From NCBI RefSeq assembly GCF_006345805.1, contig NC_042998.1, positions 188,852,001-188,916,000 of the forward strand: DNA of 64,000 nucleotides, in the 5' to 3' direction. Position 1 is the first letter of the stretch, and each line of letters opens with the position of its first letter. The translations under genes were made by a program, and so were the position numbers. The DNA is from Octopus sinensis. Taxonomy: Eukaryota. Below are positions 39,886 to 51,408 of this stretch, one piece after another. The notes beneath the pieces are model-generated. The model did no database searches and was not told where the DNA came from. It was given only the letters and a program-made list of their open reading frames with translations.

Positions 39886-40237
39886 TGTGTGTGTTTGTGT
39901 TTGTGTGTGTATGCAAGTATGTATGTATGTATATTGAAAAAATCTTCTTTAAGATTCTTCAGTTTGACTTCTTGGCACAGACAGCAAAAGAGAAAATCTT
40001 GCTTATCTCTCAAGTAGAACACTTGAAAATTGCTCGCCAACCTCCTGTCATTGGGCTCCCGACAACGAGATATTTTTTTGAAAAACTGTACTTGTTGCAG
40101 TTGTTGCTGTTGATGTGCTACTACTACTACTGTTGTAGTTCTTATCGTTTTTGATCAGGCTGTTTTCTATTGTTATACGACTTCTTTTTGTTCTTTTCTT
40201 TTGCTTTCTCTTGTTGTTTCTCTATCATCTTGTAATG

Positions 40238-40636
40238 GTGGGGCGAACTGGCAGAAACGTTAGCGCGCCGGGCGGCTAAATGCTTAGCGGTATTTCGTCT
40301 GCCGTTACGTTCTGAGTTCAAATTTCGCCGAGGTCGACTTTGCCTTTCATCCTTTCGAGGTCGATAAATTAAGTACCAGTTGCGCACTGGGGTAGATATA
40401 ATCGACTTAATCCGTCTGTCTGTCCTTGTTTGTCTCCTCTGTGTTTAGCCCCTTGTGGGTAGTAAAGAAATAGGTATTTCGTCTACCGCTACGTTCTGAG
40501 TTCAAATTCCACCGAGGTCGACTTTGCCTTTCATCCTTTCGGGGTTGATTAAATAAGTACCAGTTACGCACTGGGGTCGATGTCATCGACTTAATCCCTT
40601 TATGTTTAGCCCCTTGTGGGTAGTAAAGAAATAGGT
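40238..40636 (+). mobile_element. SINE family A head-to-tail dimer
   Basis: Unit 1 at 40238-40475. Unit 2 starts at the internal ..gtatttcgtct site and ends at 40636. Confidence 0.9.
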
Positions 40637-41175
40637 ACAACAGTACTGCTACTCGATGTTACGTCTTGTTGCCAAGCTCCAGGTCAACCCTGACTGAAGA
40701 CCTATTACTAATGATGTTCAAGCCACGACTATCCCCCGTCATTATTTCCCAATCACAGCGCGCGTGTCCCTTCCTAAGAGAAATATTGGCTGCTTTTTCT
40801 AGTAGGTCGAGTGGCCATAGACAGGCTCCTTTCCTAGCTTGTTCATTAATATAAAGAGGGACTTTGTTGCTGTCAAATAAATGTTTTCAATTTTTGTTTA
40901 TTTTTAAGCTCTTATAAAAATGAATTAAATTATTATTTTTGTTGTTGTCTCGTTGTTGCTGTTGTTGTTGTTGTTGATGATGATGATGATGATGATGATC
41001 GTCATCATCATCGTCGTGACGACGATGACGACGATGATGCTGATGGCACATCCTGTTGATGGTATCTTTGTTTTGCTTTCTAGCAAATCGCTCCTCTTGT
41101 TAATCTAGCTGTCCCTCATAAGACCCATATCTTCCTCAACATCATCTTCATCGTTTACTACTGTTAAACTACAAC

Positions 41176-41296
41176 TAATAATAATAATGATGATAATAAC
41201 AATAATAATAAAATAAAATAATAATAATAACAATAATAATAATAATAATAACAATAATAATAATAATATAATAATAATAATAACAACAACAACAAC

Positions 41297-41360
<64 letters not shown>

Positions 41361-41518
41361 TGATGATGATGATGATGATGATAAAAATAAAAATAATAAT
41401 AATAATAGCAACAACAACAATAATAATAACAACACCAATAATAATAATAACAACAACAATAATAATAACAATAATGACAATGATAATAACAATAATAATG
41501 ACAATAATAATAATAATA

Positions 41519-41561
<43 letters not shown>

Positions 41562-41570
41562 TATTATTAT

Positions 41571-41623
<53 letters not shown>

Positions 41624-41658
41624 TAATAGCAACAACAACAACAACAACAACAACAACA
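41176..41658. repeat. (AAT)n array with an internal (ATT)n inversion
   Basis: Switches to (ATT)n at about 41520-41573, then back to (AAT)n. Confidence 0.93.
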
Positions 41659-42063
41659 GTGCTGCTGTTATTATTGACATACGCATTATACAGTGCAGGA
41701 AAAGAGCCAACGAAGGAAGAGTTAGGGATTCAGAAAAAATCAATAAAATTTAATCTCTTTTTTTTTAGCCAACAAAAATTATTATTCCTAAAACGCGGTA
41801 CTCTATAAAATAGTAAGAAGGTTCATAAATAGACGGGGTGCCCCACTTCTTGCTTCGAGTGTCTGAAATTAATAGGGTACTACTTAAACAAACGATGAAG
41901 TGTGTAAATTTATTTGTTTCTTTAACTCCATTGTATCTCTGTTTTTACGCATACATACTCTCTCTCTCTCGCTCTCTCTCTCATTCACCCATACACAAAC
42001 ACAAACATACGCACATACGTATATACACACATAGATGGACAGACAGATAACTAGACATAGATA

Positions 42064-42077
42064 GATACATACATACA

Positions 42078-42113
<36 letters not shown>

Positions 42114-42650
42114 TACATACATACATGCATACATACATACATACCTATATACATGCATACATACATAGATACATACATATATAAATGCATACATACATAC
42201 ATATATACACATACATACATATGTACATACATACATACATACATGTACACATGCATACATACATACATACATACATATGTACATGCATGCATACATACAT
42301 GGTGGCTGCCCCCTCGTTATCGAGTATGGCCATTGCACGAAGCTTAATCAATGTTATCGTGCAATGCCTGTGCAAGAAGATTTTTTTTTAAGTGAGAGGC
42401 TGTGCACATACATATATACATGCATTCATACATACATACATACATACATGCATACATGCATATATACATGCATACATACATACATACATACATACATACA
42501 TACATACATACATACATACATGCATGCATGCATGCATACATACATACATACATACATACATACATACATACATACATACATACATACATGCATACATGCA
42601 TACATACATACATACATACATACATACATACATACATACATAACATAACA
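42064..42650. repeat. (TACA)n array with a 105-bp unique island
   Basis: Seen directly; island at 42300-42405. Confidence 0.93.
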
Positions 42651-42758
42651 TATCATAAAAGCAAGCATACAGATAGACAAACAAAAATGGATTAAAATCA
42701 GTTAAACAAGCATATATACAGCTGTAGAAATATACGCATGCCATAATGTATTTAGGGT

Positions 42759-43329
42759 CCTGTCTCTTCCAAGTTCGCAGCGTCTGCGTTTTCAGTTTCT
42801 TGAACTGAAGAGGTGATAACAACTTCGAAATGTTTGCATTCACGAGTTTTGTTGGCGGAGATGCTTCGAACTGATTTGTTGTGTTTACACTTATCTGTCT
42901 ACGGTGAGAAATTTTCTCCATTATAAAAACCAGTGAATGGATTTCTTACAAGTTCGAATATGCCTCAAACATATTTGAAATGCAAATAAGTTTGTATTTA
43001 TAAACACCACTGCTTAGCGATTTCGTCTCGCATTTTATTTACGGTGAGCCGCCGACTAGCATAACTAGTCATTGTACGGCAGAGACCTGTCTCTGTTGTC
43101 AGTTCGCAGCGTCTGCCATTCCAGTTTCTGGTGATGAGGAGGAGATAACCATACCGAAATGCATGCCTCCATCACTCTGGTCAGGGAGTGCTGCGAAATG
43201 ACTCGGTGTTTTTACACCTATCTGTCATCAGCAAGAAATTTTCTCCGTGACAAAATACAGTAAGTGGCTTTCTAACGGATTCGAATATGCCTCAAGAAAA
43301 TTTGAACAGGTAACAAGTTTGTATTTATA
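42759..43329. repeat. Old direct duplication, two 244-bp units
   Basis: 42759-43002 and 43086-43329 share cctgtctc, agttcgcagcgtctgc, cagtttct, tttacac.tatctgtc, gaaattttctcc, ttcgaatatgcctcaa and aagtttgtatttata. Confidence 0.8.
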
Positions 43330-43353
43330 TCTATGCCCTCATACGCTTCGAGG

Positions 43354-43391
<38 letters not shown>

Positions 43392-43560
43392 GAGGGAGAG
43401 AGAGAGAGGGAGAGAGAGAGAGTGTGTATCTGTGTCACACACATGCTCGTGCGCACGCATGCAAATATATGACTATATGCATAAATGTAAAATGTATATT
43501 ATACTACCTATATGCAATATATGCTATGACTTACATACGCAGATATGTGTGTGAGGATGC

Positions 43561-43598
<38 letters not shown>

Positions 43599-44631
43599 TG
43601 TGTGTGTAACAATGGACTTCTGCACCGTTTCTCTCTACCAAATTTTACTCACGAAATTTGACCAATCTGATGTTACGGATGCAAAACAACCTTCATGACC
43701 ATACAAGAATGCTTGCGCTTACGTACATGTATTTCACTGATCTAATTCGTCAGAAACGTAAATATCGGGCAGAAAACTGTTGCGATAAGGTCAGAAATGC
43801 TCGAGGCATTTGTTCTGCGTCGAATTATAGACAATCCCAACTTGTCACTCTAGTCGTCAGAAACACAGTGACCGTGCGATTGACCCGTTGAAAACTTTTT
43901 TTGTTAATCTGTCATATAAAATAAATATATAAATAAATAAATAAATAATAGATAAATAAATAAATAAATAAATAAAAGTGTGATCTGTTTCGGATCTCTC
44001 CCAGACCTTCATCAGGAAACAAATGTGTATCCTGGTAAGAGTCTGGGAAAGATCGAAACGAATAGTTTACTCGCAGAGATAATAGTCAAATATAAATGCT
44101 TAAACTGTTGGAAACCTTCATCGAAAAATTGCAATATAAATATAAAAAAGGTATTTAAAATACCATATTCTTATTATTTCACTTGTAGACGTTTTAAGTA
44201 AATAAATGTTATCGAACTATTTATTTACTGCAAATTTGTGTATTGCCCATAAGGATAGCTGATAAAAATATCATCTTTCTTTATTTTGATATATCACTGA
44301 AGCATTAACCCTACTCGTGTGAATGTGCCGAAGACAAAAGCATATTAATATGAATAAAGGAATAGATTAAATGTCAATCGAAAAGACAATATTGGGATAT
44401 TTATATGTTAATTCTGGAAAACTGACAATACGTTCAAAGCATCCAGTTATATGTGTTGCAGTATTATCATCAGTCAAGATTTTGACAATATCCTACTAAT
44501 GATAAGTTTGCCTTTGTCTTTGATCTCGCTGTGCTCGTTAGTGAGTAGTAGTACAACAATGACATCTGTTAATTCGATTGTATTTACTCCAGAAGAAATT
44601 TAGCTTCGGGCGTAATCTAAATAGCAAAATA

Positions 44632-45048
44632 CCTATTTCTTTACTACCCACAAGGGACCAAACACAGAGAGGACAAACAATGACAGACAAACGGATTAAG
44701 TCGATTATATCGACACCAGTGCGTAACTGGTACTTATTTAATCGACCCCGAAAGGATGAAAGGCAAAGTCGACCTCGGCGGAATTTGAACTCAGAACGTA
44801 AAGACAGACGAAATATCTATTTCCTATTTCTTTACTACCCACAAGGTGCTAAACACAGAGAGGACAAACAAGGACAGACAAACGGATTAAGTCGATTATA
44901 TCGACCCCAGTGCGTAACTGGTACTTAATTTATCGACCGCGAAAGGATGAAAGGCAAAGTCTACGTCGACGGAATTTGAACTCAGAACGTAACGGCAGAC
45001 GCTAAGCATTTCGCCCGACATGCTAACGCTTCTGCCAGCTCGCCGCCT
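44632..45048 (-). mobile_element. SINE family A dimer enclosed by a single TSD
   Basis: Perfect 14-bp TSD taaatagcaaaata at 44618-44631 and 45049-45062 encloses both units. Confidence 0.93.
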
Positions 45049-45363
45049 TAAATAGCAAAATAATAGTGATGAAACCAAGTTGATTTCTTGGTATGTTCAA
45101 TTCGCGAATTGGTTTCAGTTTCTAGTTAAAACCAGTTCCCTTATACGTTACCTTTGTAAATTGAAAACCTCATATTTACGGAAAGAAATCAACATTTAAA
45201 CGATTAAGTAATACCCTTGAGAATAACGATATTCATGTCATTTACATCGCTAAGGCCCTTTGAAAAAGCATGGACATTATTTATAACACACTTTTTGTCA
45301 TAAATTTTCATTTTACGCCTAAACCAGAAATATGTACAAAATTATATTAAATTGTAATCAAAT

Positions 45364-45755
45364 GGAGTGGCTGTGTGGTATGTAGTTTGCTAACCAACCA
45401 CATGGTTCCAGGTTCAGTCCCACTGCGTGGCATCTTGGGCAAGTGTCTTCTGTTATAGCCCCGGGCCGACCAATGCCTTGTGAGTGGATTTGGTAGACGG
45501 AAACTGAAAGAAGCCTGTCGTATATATGTATATATATATATGTATGTGTGTGTGTGTTTGTGTGTCTGTGTTTGTCCCCCTAGCATTGCTTGACAGCCGA
45601 TGCTGGTGTGTTTACGTCCCCGTCACTTAGCGGTTCGGCAAAAGTGACCGATAAAATAAGTACTGGGCTTCCCGGGGTCGATTTGCTCGACTAAAGACGG
45701 TGCTCCAGCATGGCCGCAGTCAAATGACTGAAACAAGTAAAAGAGTAAAAGAGTA
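45364..45755 (+). mobile_element. SINE family B
   Basis: Full length; likely short TSD aatcaaa. Confidence 0.9.
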
Positions 45756-46587
45756 AATCAAAATTGCAATTTCATTCAAACTATCCCTGTTGCATTCACT
45801 ATTTGGCCATTTCAAACATTTTGCTCTATGCGCAAACTTTTGTTCTCTACACAAAATTTAAAACAAAACAGTTATCGGGTTGCAAGACAAATTATATAAC
45901 ATCATTACAATCTATGATGACCAACATCTGAAAATCTCCCTTCTTATATAAATCGCTATCAGTTATCTTCAATGAGGCAGAAGTTGATTTCGATGTTGTT
46001 ATCATAAAATTAGCTCGCAATAAAAATGACTGAAGCTTAATAAAAACTGATGCTGAAATTCCAGTTTAGTTTCTTGTCTAGACTTGTCTACAATAAGAAA
46101 ACGCAAACAGCAACTTGATGGTTAATTATCCGAGTCTTTCAATGATAGCTAATGTTAATCATTAACAGCACTAACCTCAATTAATCTGACAATACTGCCA
46201 TAACAGGTTGGCCTTCAATATTTTTTATATATTGAAATATTTTTGCGGATTTTTTTAGCTAACGTTTGTTTCATTTTTGCTTTGTTTTTTAATTTAGTAA
46301 CAGTATTACATAAGGGTTTTAATCTGCTACGTTATGGATAATAAAAACCCAACTTAACTAATAATTATTTAGTCAATCCTAGGTTCAGTGACGTAATTAT
46401 CATTTAACTTAATTATTCTTTTACACAAATTATTTAAGTACATAAAAATTTGTGCGCGGAGCTAATGTTATACAAGCTTCATTTATACTACCAATTAATT
46501 ATGGTTTCAAATAAATGAGATAAAAGTAAGTCTCTAAAGGTTTTCAAAACAACTTGATATCACTTTGTACTATTTCACACTCCATAT

Positions 46588-47125
46588 TGGCAGAATCGTT
46601 TTAGCATCGGACAAAATGCCTTGCGGGAATTTCAACCGTGTTTCGTGGTCTGCTACCACAACAGCTCCTTTATAGGATCCAGTTAGCTCAAGACATCATC
46701 AGGAGGAACCACGTCCGGTTTCGGCCCCTACCGTTTTGATGTGGAGCGACCCCACCCCACCTTTCAGAGGTGTCTTCAGCTCTGGTGTTGGGTGCATGTC
46801 TTCTTTCTTCTGTTCCCTGGCCTCTTCGATGTAGCGTCAACGAGTGTCAGCGGGCGACTGACTTTCTTGTCAAATTTTTCCCTTTAAATACCTGCCGCAT
46901 AGGCTCCAGCAGGCATCCCCAGCAAGTTGTCACGTGACACTGTCTCAACTTTAACTGACCCTTCCTGTTTTTATACACTAAGTTCAAATTCTGGATATGG
47001 TCAACTTTGCCTTTTAACTTTTTAAGGCGGATGAAATAAAGTACTGGTCAAGTGTTGGGGTCGATTTAATCGGCTAAAACCTCCCTTCAAATTTTCTGGC
47101 CTTGTACATAAATTGGAAAGAATTC
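46588..47125 (+). mobile_element. Old family A-related SINE split by a ~330-bp GC-rich insert (46643-46973)
   Basis: Head ttggcagaatcg..aaaatgcc resumes at ctaagttcaaattc (about 46978) and continues to an alternative tail. Confidence 0.6.
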
Positions 47126-47138
47126 TTTCACTGTTCCA

Positions 47139-47315
47139 TATTTAAAAGATGAGGAATTATGTACATTATTTATATTATTTACATTTGACGGATATTTGTC
47201 TTCATCTTGTGTGTTGTTAACACAACGTTTCGGCTGATAACTCTCAGGCTTCATTAGGTGTCATGTGGAAATTTCGAACCTGGGTTCTCATTCCTAAGGT
47301 ACATTTCGATGTTAT
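47139..47315 (-). mobile_element. PLE pLTR-like module carrying a hammerhead motif (putative SINE 3' part)
   Basis: Directly follows the (AAT/AAC)n array on the minus strand and contains the ribozyme fold at 47219-47262. Confidence 0.65.
47219..47262 (-). ncRNA. Minimal type I hammerhead ribozyme motif (Penelope type), probably inactive copy
   Basis: GACAC-CUAAUGA-A-GCCUG-agaguuau-CAGCC-GAAACGUU-GUGUU. Stem I 5 bp, stem II 4 of 5 bp, palindromic ACGU stem III, GUU cleavage triplet. Core G5 is mutated to A. Confidence 0.72.
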
Positions 47316-47359
47316 AGTTGTTGTTGTTGTTGTTATTATTATTATTATTATTATTATTA

Positions 47360-47784
47360 GAGACAACAGGTTGGAAGTTCATGTTGTTGTTATGCCTAGT
47401 GTGCCATATATTTGGTTTTGTATTTAGTGTTGTACTAGTGAATGTCTAAAAAACTATACGAAAATTATGTTTGTTTTAAAACTTGAGATTACATAGAAAG
47501 TATTTTGCGTAGGGTATGAGCAGTTCCCATGAGCACTATCTTTTGAATTTCTGCCATTTTGGGGTTTCCTGGTATCTGAGTTAGGTAGCAATCAGCCCCT
47601 TTTGCTATCATTCCCAGGGCACCTATGACAACAGGTATTGTTTTAGTTTTCAGGTTCCACATTTTGCTGATTTCTATTTCAAGATCTTTATATTTACTCA
47701 GTTTTTGGTAGGTCTTGACAGATACGTTTATATCGATTATATCGATGAGGAGGCATGTTTGCATCTATCTTTCTGTCAGTTTAA

Positions 47785-47785
<1 letters not shown>
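47360..47785 (-). mobile_element. 5'-truncated R4/Dong-like non-LTR retrotransposon inserted in (TAA)n
   Basis: TCLLID...NVSVKTYQKLSKYKDLEIEISKMWNLKTKTIPVVIGALG...QKIVLMGTAHTLRKILSM* plus 3' UTR. TAA arrays on both sides (about 47311-47359 and 47786-47875). Confidence 0.85.
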
Positions 47786-47838
<53 letters not shown>

Positions 47839-47875
47839 GTTGTTGTTGTTGTTGTTGTTGTTATTATTATTATTA

Positions 47876-47943
47876 AGGTCACTGCCTGGAATTGAACTCG
47901 GAATTTTGGGGTTAGTAGCCCGTGTTCTTAACCACTGCGCCAT
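47876..47943 (-). mobile_element. tRNA-like SINE head (Ser-like anticodon loop CTACTAA)
   Basis: atggcgcagtggttaagaacacgggctactaaccccaaaattccgagttcaattccaggcagtgacct. A box TGGCGCAGTGG, B box GTTCAATTC; runs directly into (AAT)n. No acceptor stem, so not a tRNA gene. Confidence 0.8.
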
Positions 47944-47944
47944 A

Positions 47945-48058
47945 GAATGAAAGGCAAAATCGATGCCGGCGGAATTTGAACTCAGAACGTAAAGACGGAC
48001 GAAATGTCGATAAGCATTTCACCCAGCGTGCTAACGATTCTACCAGCTTCCTGCCGTG
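47945..48058 (-). mobile_element. SINE family A 5' half
   Basis: Head through gcctttcattc. Confidence 0.8.
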
Positions 48059-48283
48059 TGCTCGCCGATAAAATTTTTTTTTTAATTTTGTCCGATTTTA
48101 GTACCTAGTTGTGACCTTCTTGTGTGTTTAGTCTCTTAAGTCATTAATAATGTGGTTTTTCTATCAGTTCTGTCATTACAACTACGAAAGAGGACTTCAA
48201 GCTGGTACTTATTTTCTAATTCTATGTTTTGATATTTTATGTTGATCAATTTCTTCATAAACTTCTTCATAAATTTCTTCATA

Positions 48284-48705
48284 GGTGCAGGAGTGGCTGT
48301 GTGGTAAGTAGTTGCTTACCAACCACATGTTTCTGGGTTCAGTCCCACTGTGTGGCACCTTGGGTAAGTGTCTTCTACTATAGCCTCGAGCCAACCAAAG
48401 CCTTGTAAGTGGATTTGGTACACGGAAACTGAAAGAAGCCCGTCGTATATATGTATGTGTATATATGTGTGTGTGAGGGGGGGGGGTTGTGTGTCTGTTT
48501 GCCCCCCCTCAACATCGCTTGACAACCGATGGTGGTGTGTTTACGTCCCCGTAACTTAGCGGTTCGGCATAAGAGACCGATAGGATAAGTACTAGACTTA
48601 CAAAGAATAAGTCCTGGGATCGATTTGCTCGACTAAAGGCGATGCTCCAGCATGGCCACAGTCAAATGACTGAAACAAGTAAAAGAGTAAAAAGAGTAAA
48701 AGAGT
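48284..48705 (+). mobile_element. SINE family B, full length
   Basis: Head to (aaaagagt)n tail. Confidence 0.92.
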
Positions 48706-48879
48706 ATACTGTACAATCTAAATGTTTGATTTTACCAGGTACTAATATCCCGATACTATCAATAATTGATCAATAACCGCTACCTACCAACAAGTGAATA
48801 ACAAATACTGACTGGTTTGTTGATCATAGTATTTTACCAACTATTGATTATTCAGTTTAATATTAAGTGAACACCAGCT

Positions 48880-49083
48880 TTTACCGTCGATCAAGTACAT
48901 ATTTCTGACAATGTCTTAAATATATTTGGAATTATTCTTAAACCTCTATGGAAAAGAATTTTTTATTTGGTGCTCACAAACCGAGCTGCTTGAGACAGAT
49001 TAACAGATTTTTACATAATATTCCAACTTATAAAGTGATACTGGTAAGACATTGTCAGAAATATATACTTGATCGACGGTAAA
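48880..49083. mobile_element. 204-bp MITE-like element with 39-bp TIRs
   Basis: 48880-48918 and 49045-49083 differ at 1 of 39 positions. No TSD recognised. Confidence 0.75.
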
Positions 49084-49103
49084 GCAGCGCTGCTTTAAAT
49101 AAT

Positions 49104-49318
49104 AAGGGGCTAAACATAGAGAGGACAAACAAGGACAGACAAACGGATTGAGTCGATTATATCGACCGCAGTGCGTAACTGGTACTTATTTAATCGACCC
49201 CGAAAGGATGAAAGGCAAAGTCGACCTCGGCGGAATTTGAACTCAGAACGTAACCGCAGGCGAAATACCGCTAAGCATTTCGCCCGGCGTGCTAACGTTT
49301 CTGCCAGCTCGGCGCCTT
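49104..49318 (-). mobile_element. SINE family A lacking the extreme 3' tail
   Basis: Near-consensus copy. Confidence 0.9.
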
Positions 49319-49549
49319 ATTTTGTGTTTATTGCCGTTATTGTGGTTGCTACCAGTACTGTCTTAAGGTTTGAGAACATTGTACATTTGCTCGGGGTCCT
49401 CACGGGTTTAGGAGCCCAATGCATTGATTTTCTCGGGGTCAGTAATACTGCTAAGACATCCTTGCTTTTGTTGTTGCTGCTGCTGCTATTGTTGTTGTTG
49501 TCGTCGTTCTTGTTGTTGTTTTGATCCGTATTCGCCCAAATCGAGGAAA

Positions 49550-49581
<32 letters not shown>

Positions 49582-49605
49582 TGTATATATATGTACATAT
49601 ATATA

Positions 49606-49647
<42 letters not shown>

Positions 49648-49691
49648 TATATATGTACATATATAGACATGAATGCACACACATATGCATA

Positions 49692-49739
<48 letters not shown>

Positions 49740-49756
49740 ACGGGCTTCTTTCTGTT

Positions 49757-49834
<78 letters not shown>

Positions 49835-49910
49835 CAGACAGACTATGTGTGTGCGTGCGTGTGTGCGTGAGTGTGTGTGTGTGTGTGTGCATGTGTGTGT
49901 ACACACCTAT
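49550..49910. repeat. (TA)n/(GATA)n/(TG)n cluster
   Basis: Seen directly. Confidence 0.95.
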
Positions 49911-50151
49911 CGCTATCCACTTCAATGCTACAGGTCATTCCATCATTCACATATCAGCGTGTGACATCTCCGCACACTATGGATCCAACAGAGGAGACAA
50001 CTTTTCATATTAGATCTTGAACCATGCCAACAACTGGTTTAAACGAATATTTTTCTTTTTGCACCTCTTAATTCATTAAACTCTTACGTGCCCATCACCT
50101 CCCATCTCGCCTTAAGCAGTACTTAAGCGATTTTTAGGTTAGTTAAAATAT

Positions 50152-50622
50152 GTTTGCGGCATATTTCAATTTCTAAAGGCAAATTCACTACTGTTACAGC
50201 GGAGAAAAAAATTATCTCTTATAGTAAAATGTTTAAAAACTCCGTATCTGCCCAGTGTTTCTCTCTGCCAGATTCCCAGACGCAGCGTTTCTACCTCTTT
50301 AACCGTTGCCTTAAGTTTTTCTCATCCCTAAACACTTCTTGGCGCTGGTACTCCTGAATTTTCTCCCGACCTGACGGTCTAATAGCGTAGTTCAATCAAT
50401 ATCGTTGACTATGTGTTTAGTTAAAGCTACGGCTTTAAATTTGCGCAGAGTTACCTCCCTTAGGTATTTCCCATTGGTAACGACTAAAGAGCCAGAAACG
50501 CTGCGTCTGGGAATCCGACAGGGGAAACACTGGGTAGATATGATGCTTTTACATTTTTTGTTATGTCTTTCCTCCTTTGTAACTTCAGTGAATTTGCCTT
50601 TAAAATTTGAAATGTTACAAAC
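50152..50622. repeat. Old long inverted repeat (~150-bp arms, ~165-bp spacer)
   Basis: Arms 50152-50310 and 50476-50622. Perfect 22-bp core gattcccagacgcagcgtttct at 50271-50292 and 50494-50515. Confidence 0.85.
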
Positions 50623-51358
50623 TTCGCGAACTAAGTTCGTGCGCACGCACACTTGCGCACACGCACAGACATAGACACACACATATACATACATACATAC
50701 ATACATACATACATACATACATACATACATACATACAGTATCTATAAAAATCCAGAAACTATTTTGTAAGCTCAGATTGTTAGTTAATTAGATCAATACT
50801 TTTTGAAAAGTGGAAAGGTCAGATGCAATATCGAATTGATAATATGGACGAGAGTTCAGTCTTTGGAAGTACTGTCCCCTGATTTGATATTCCACTAGCG
50901 AAGCTGCGTTGCAAAGTTGACCAAAAATCTTAAATTCGTTTCCTAGTTCCGAATTAGTGGGACGAAAACTGGTGTTCAACGTCAAACTGACTAGACTACT
51001 GACGAAATACAAGTCGACTTATCTGAATTTTTGATCGGCTACGAGTGTAGCTATGTGACTCATTAGAGTAGATCCAACAGTTGGGAAGTATATATTGGAG
51101 AAGGGATATAAAGATGGATTGAGAGAAAAAATGGAAATCTTTCCATAAATTACTTTTTCATTTATGTTTTGTGGGTTTTTTTTTAATTTTTGGCGTGTCC
51201 GTTTATTGATGGATGATGACATAGAGGTTAAAATTGGCAGAGAGGCTGAATAGAGGATAGAAAGAGAATTAAACGGGATGAATATGAAAAAAAAATAGTG
51301 CATGAAAACATAGACTGCAGGGATAATATGGAGAGGTGGAGAGTTGGGAAGTGAGGAG

Positions 51359-51408
<50 letters not shown>

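Noticed and set aside
46690-46735. CUGAUGA and CGAAAC on the minus strand as a type II hammerhead
   Set aside because: GAAA precedes the core and only 4 nt separate the NUH site from CUGAUGA, so stem I cannot form.
47876-47943. Functional tRNA-Ser gene
   Set aside because: No acceptor stem or long variable arm, and it runs into (AAT)n; interpreted as a SINE head.
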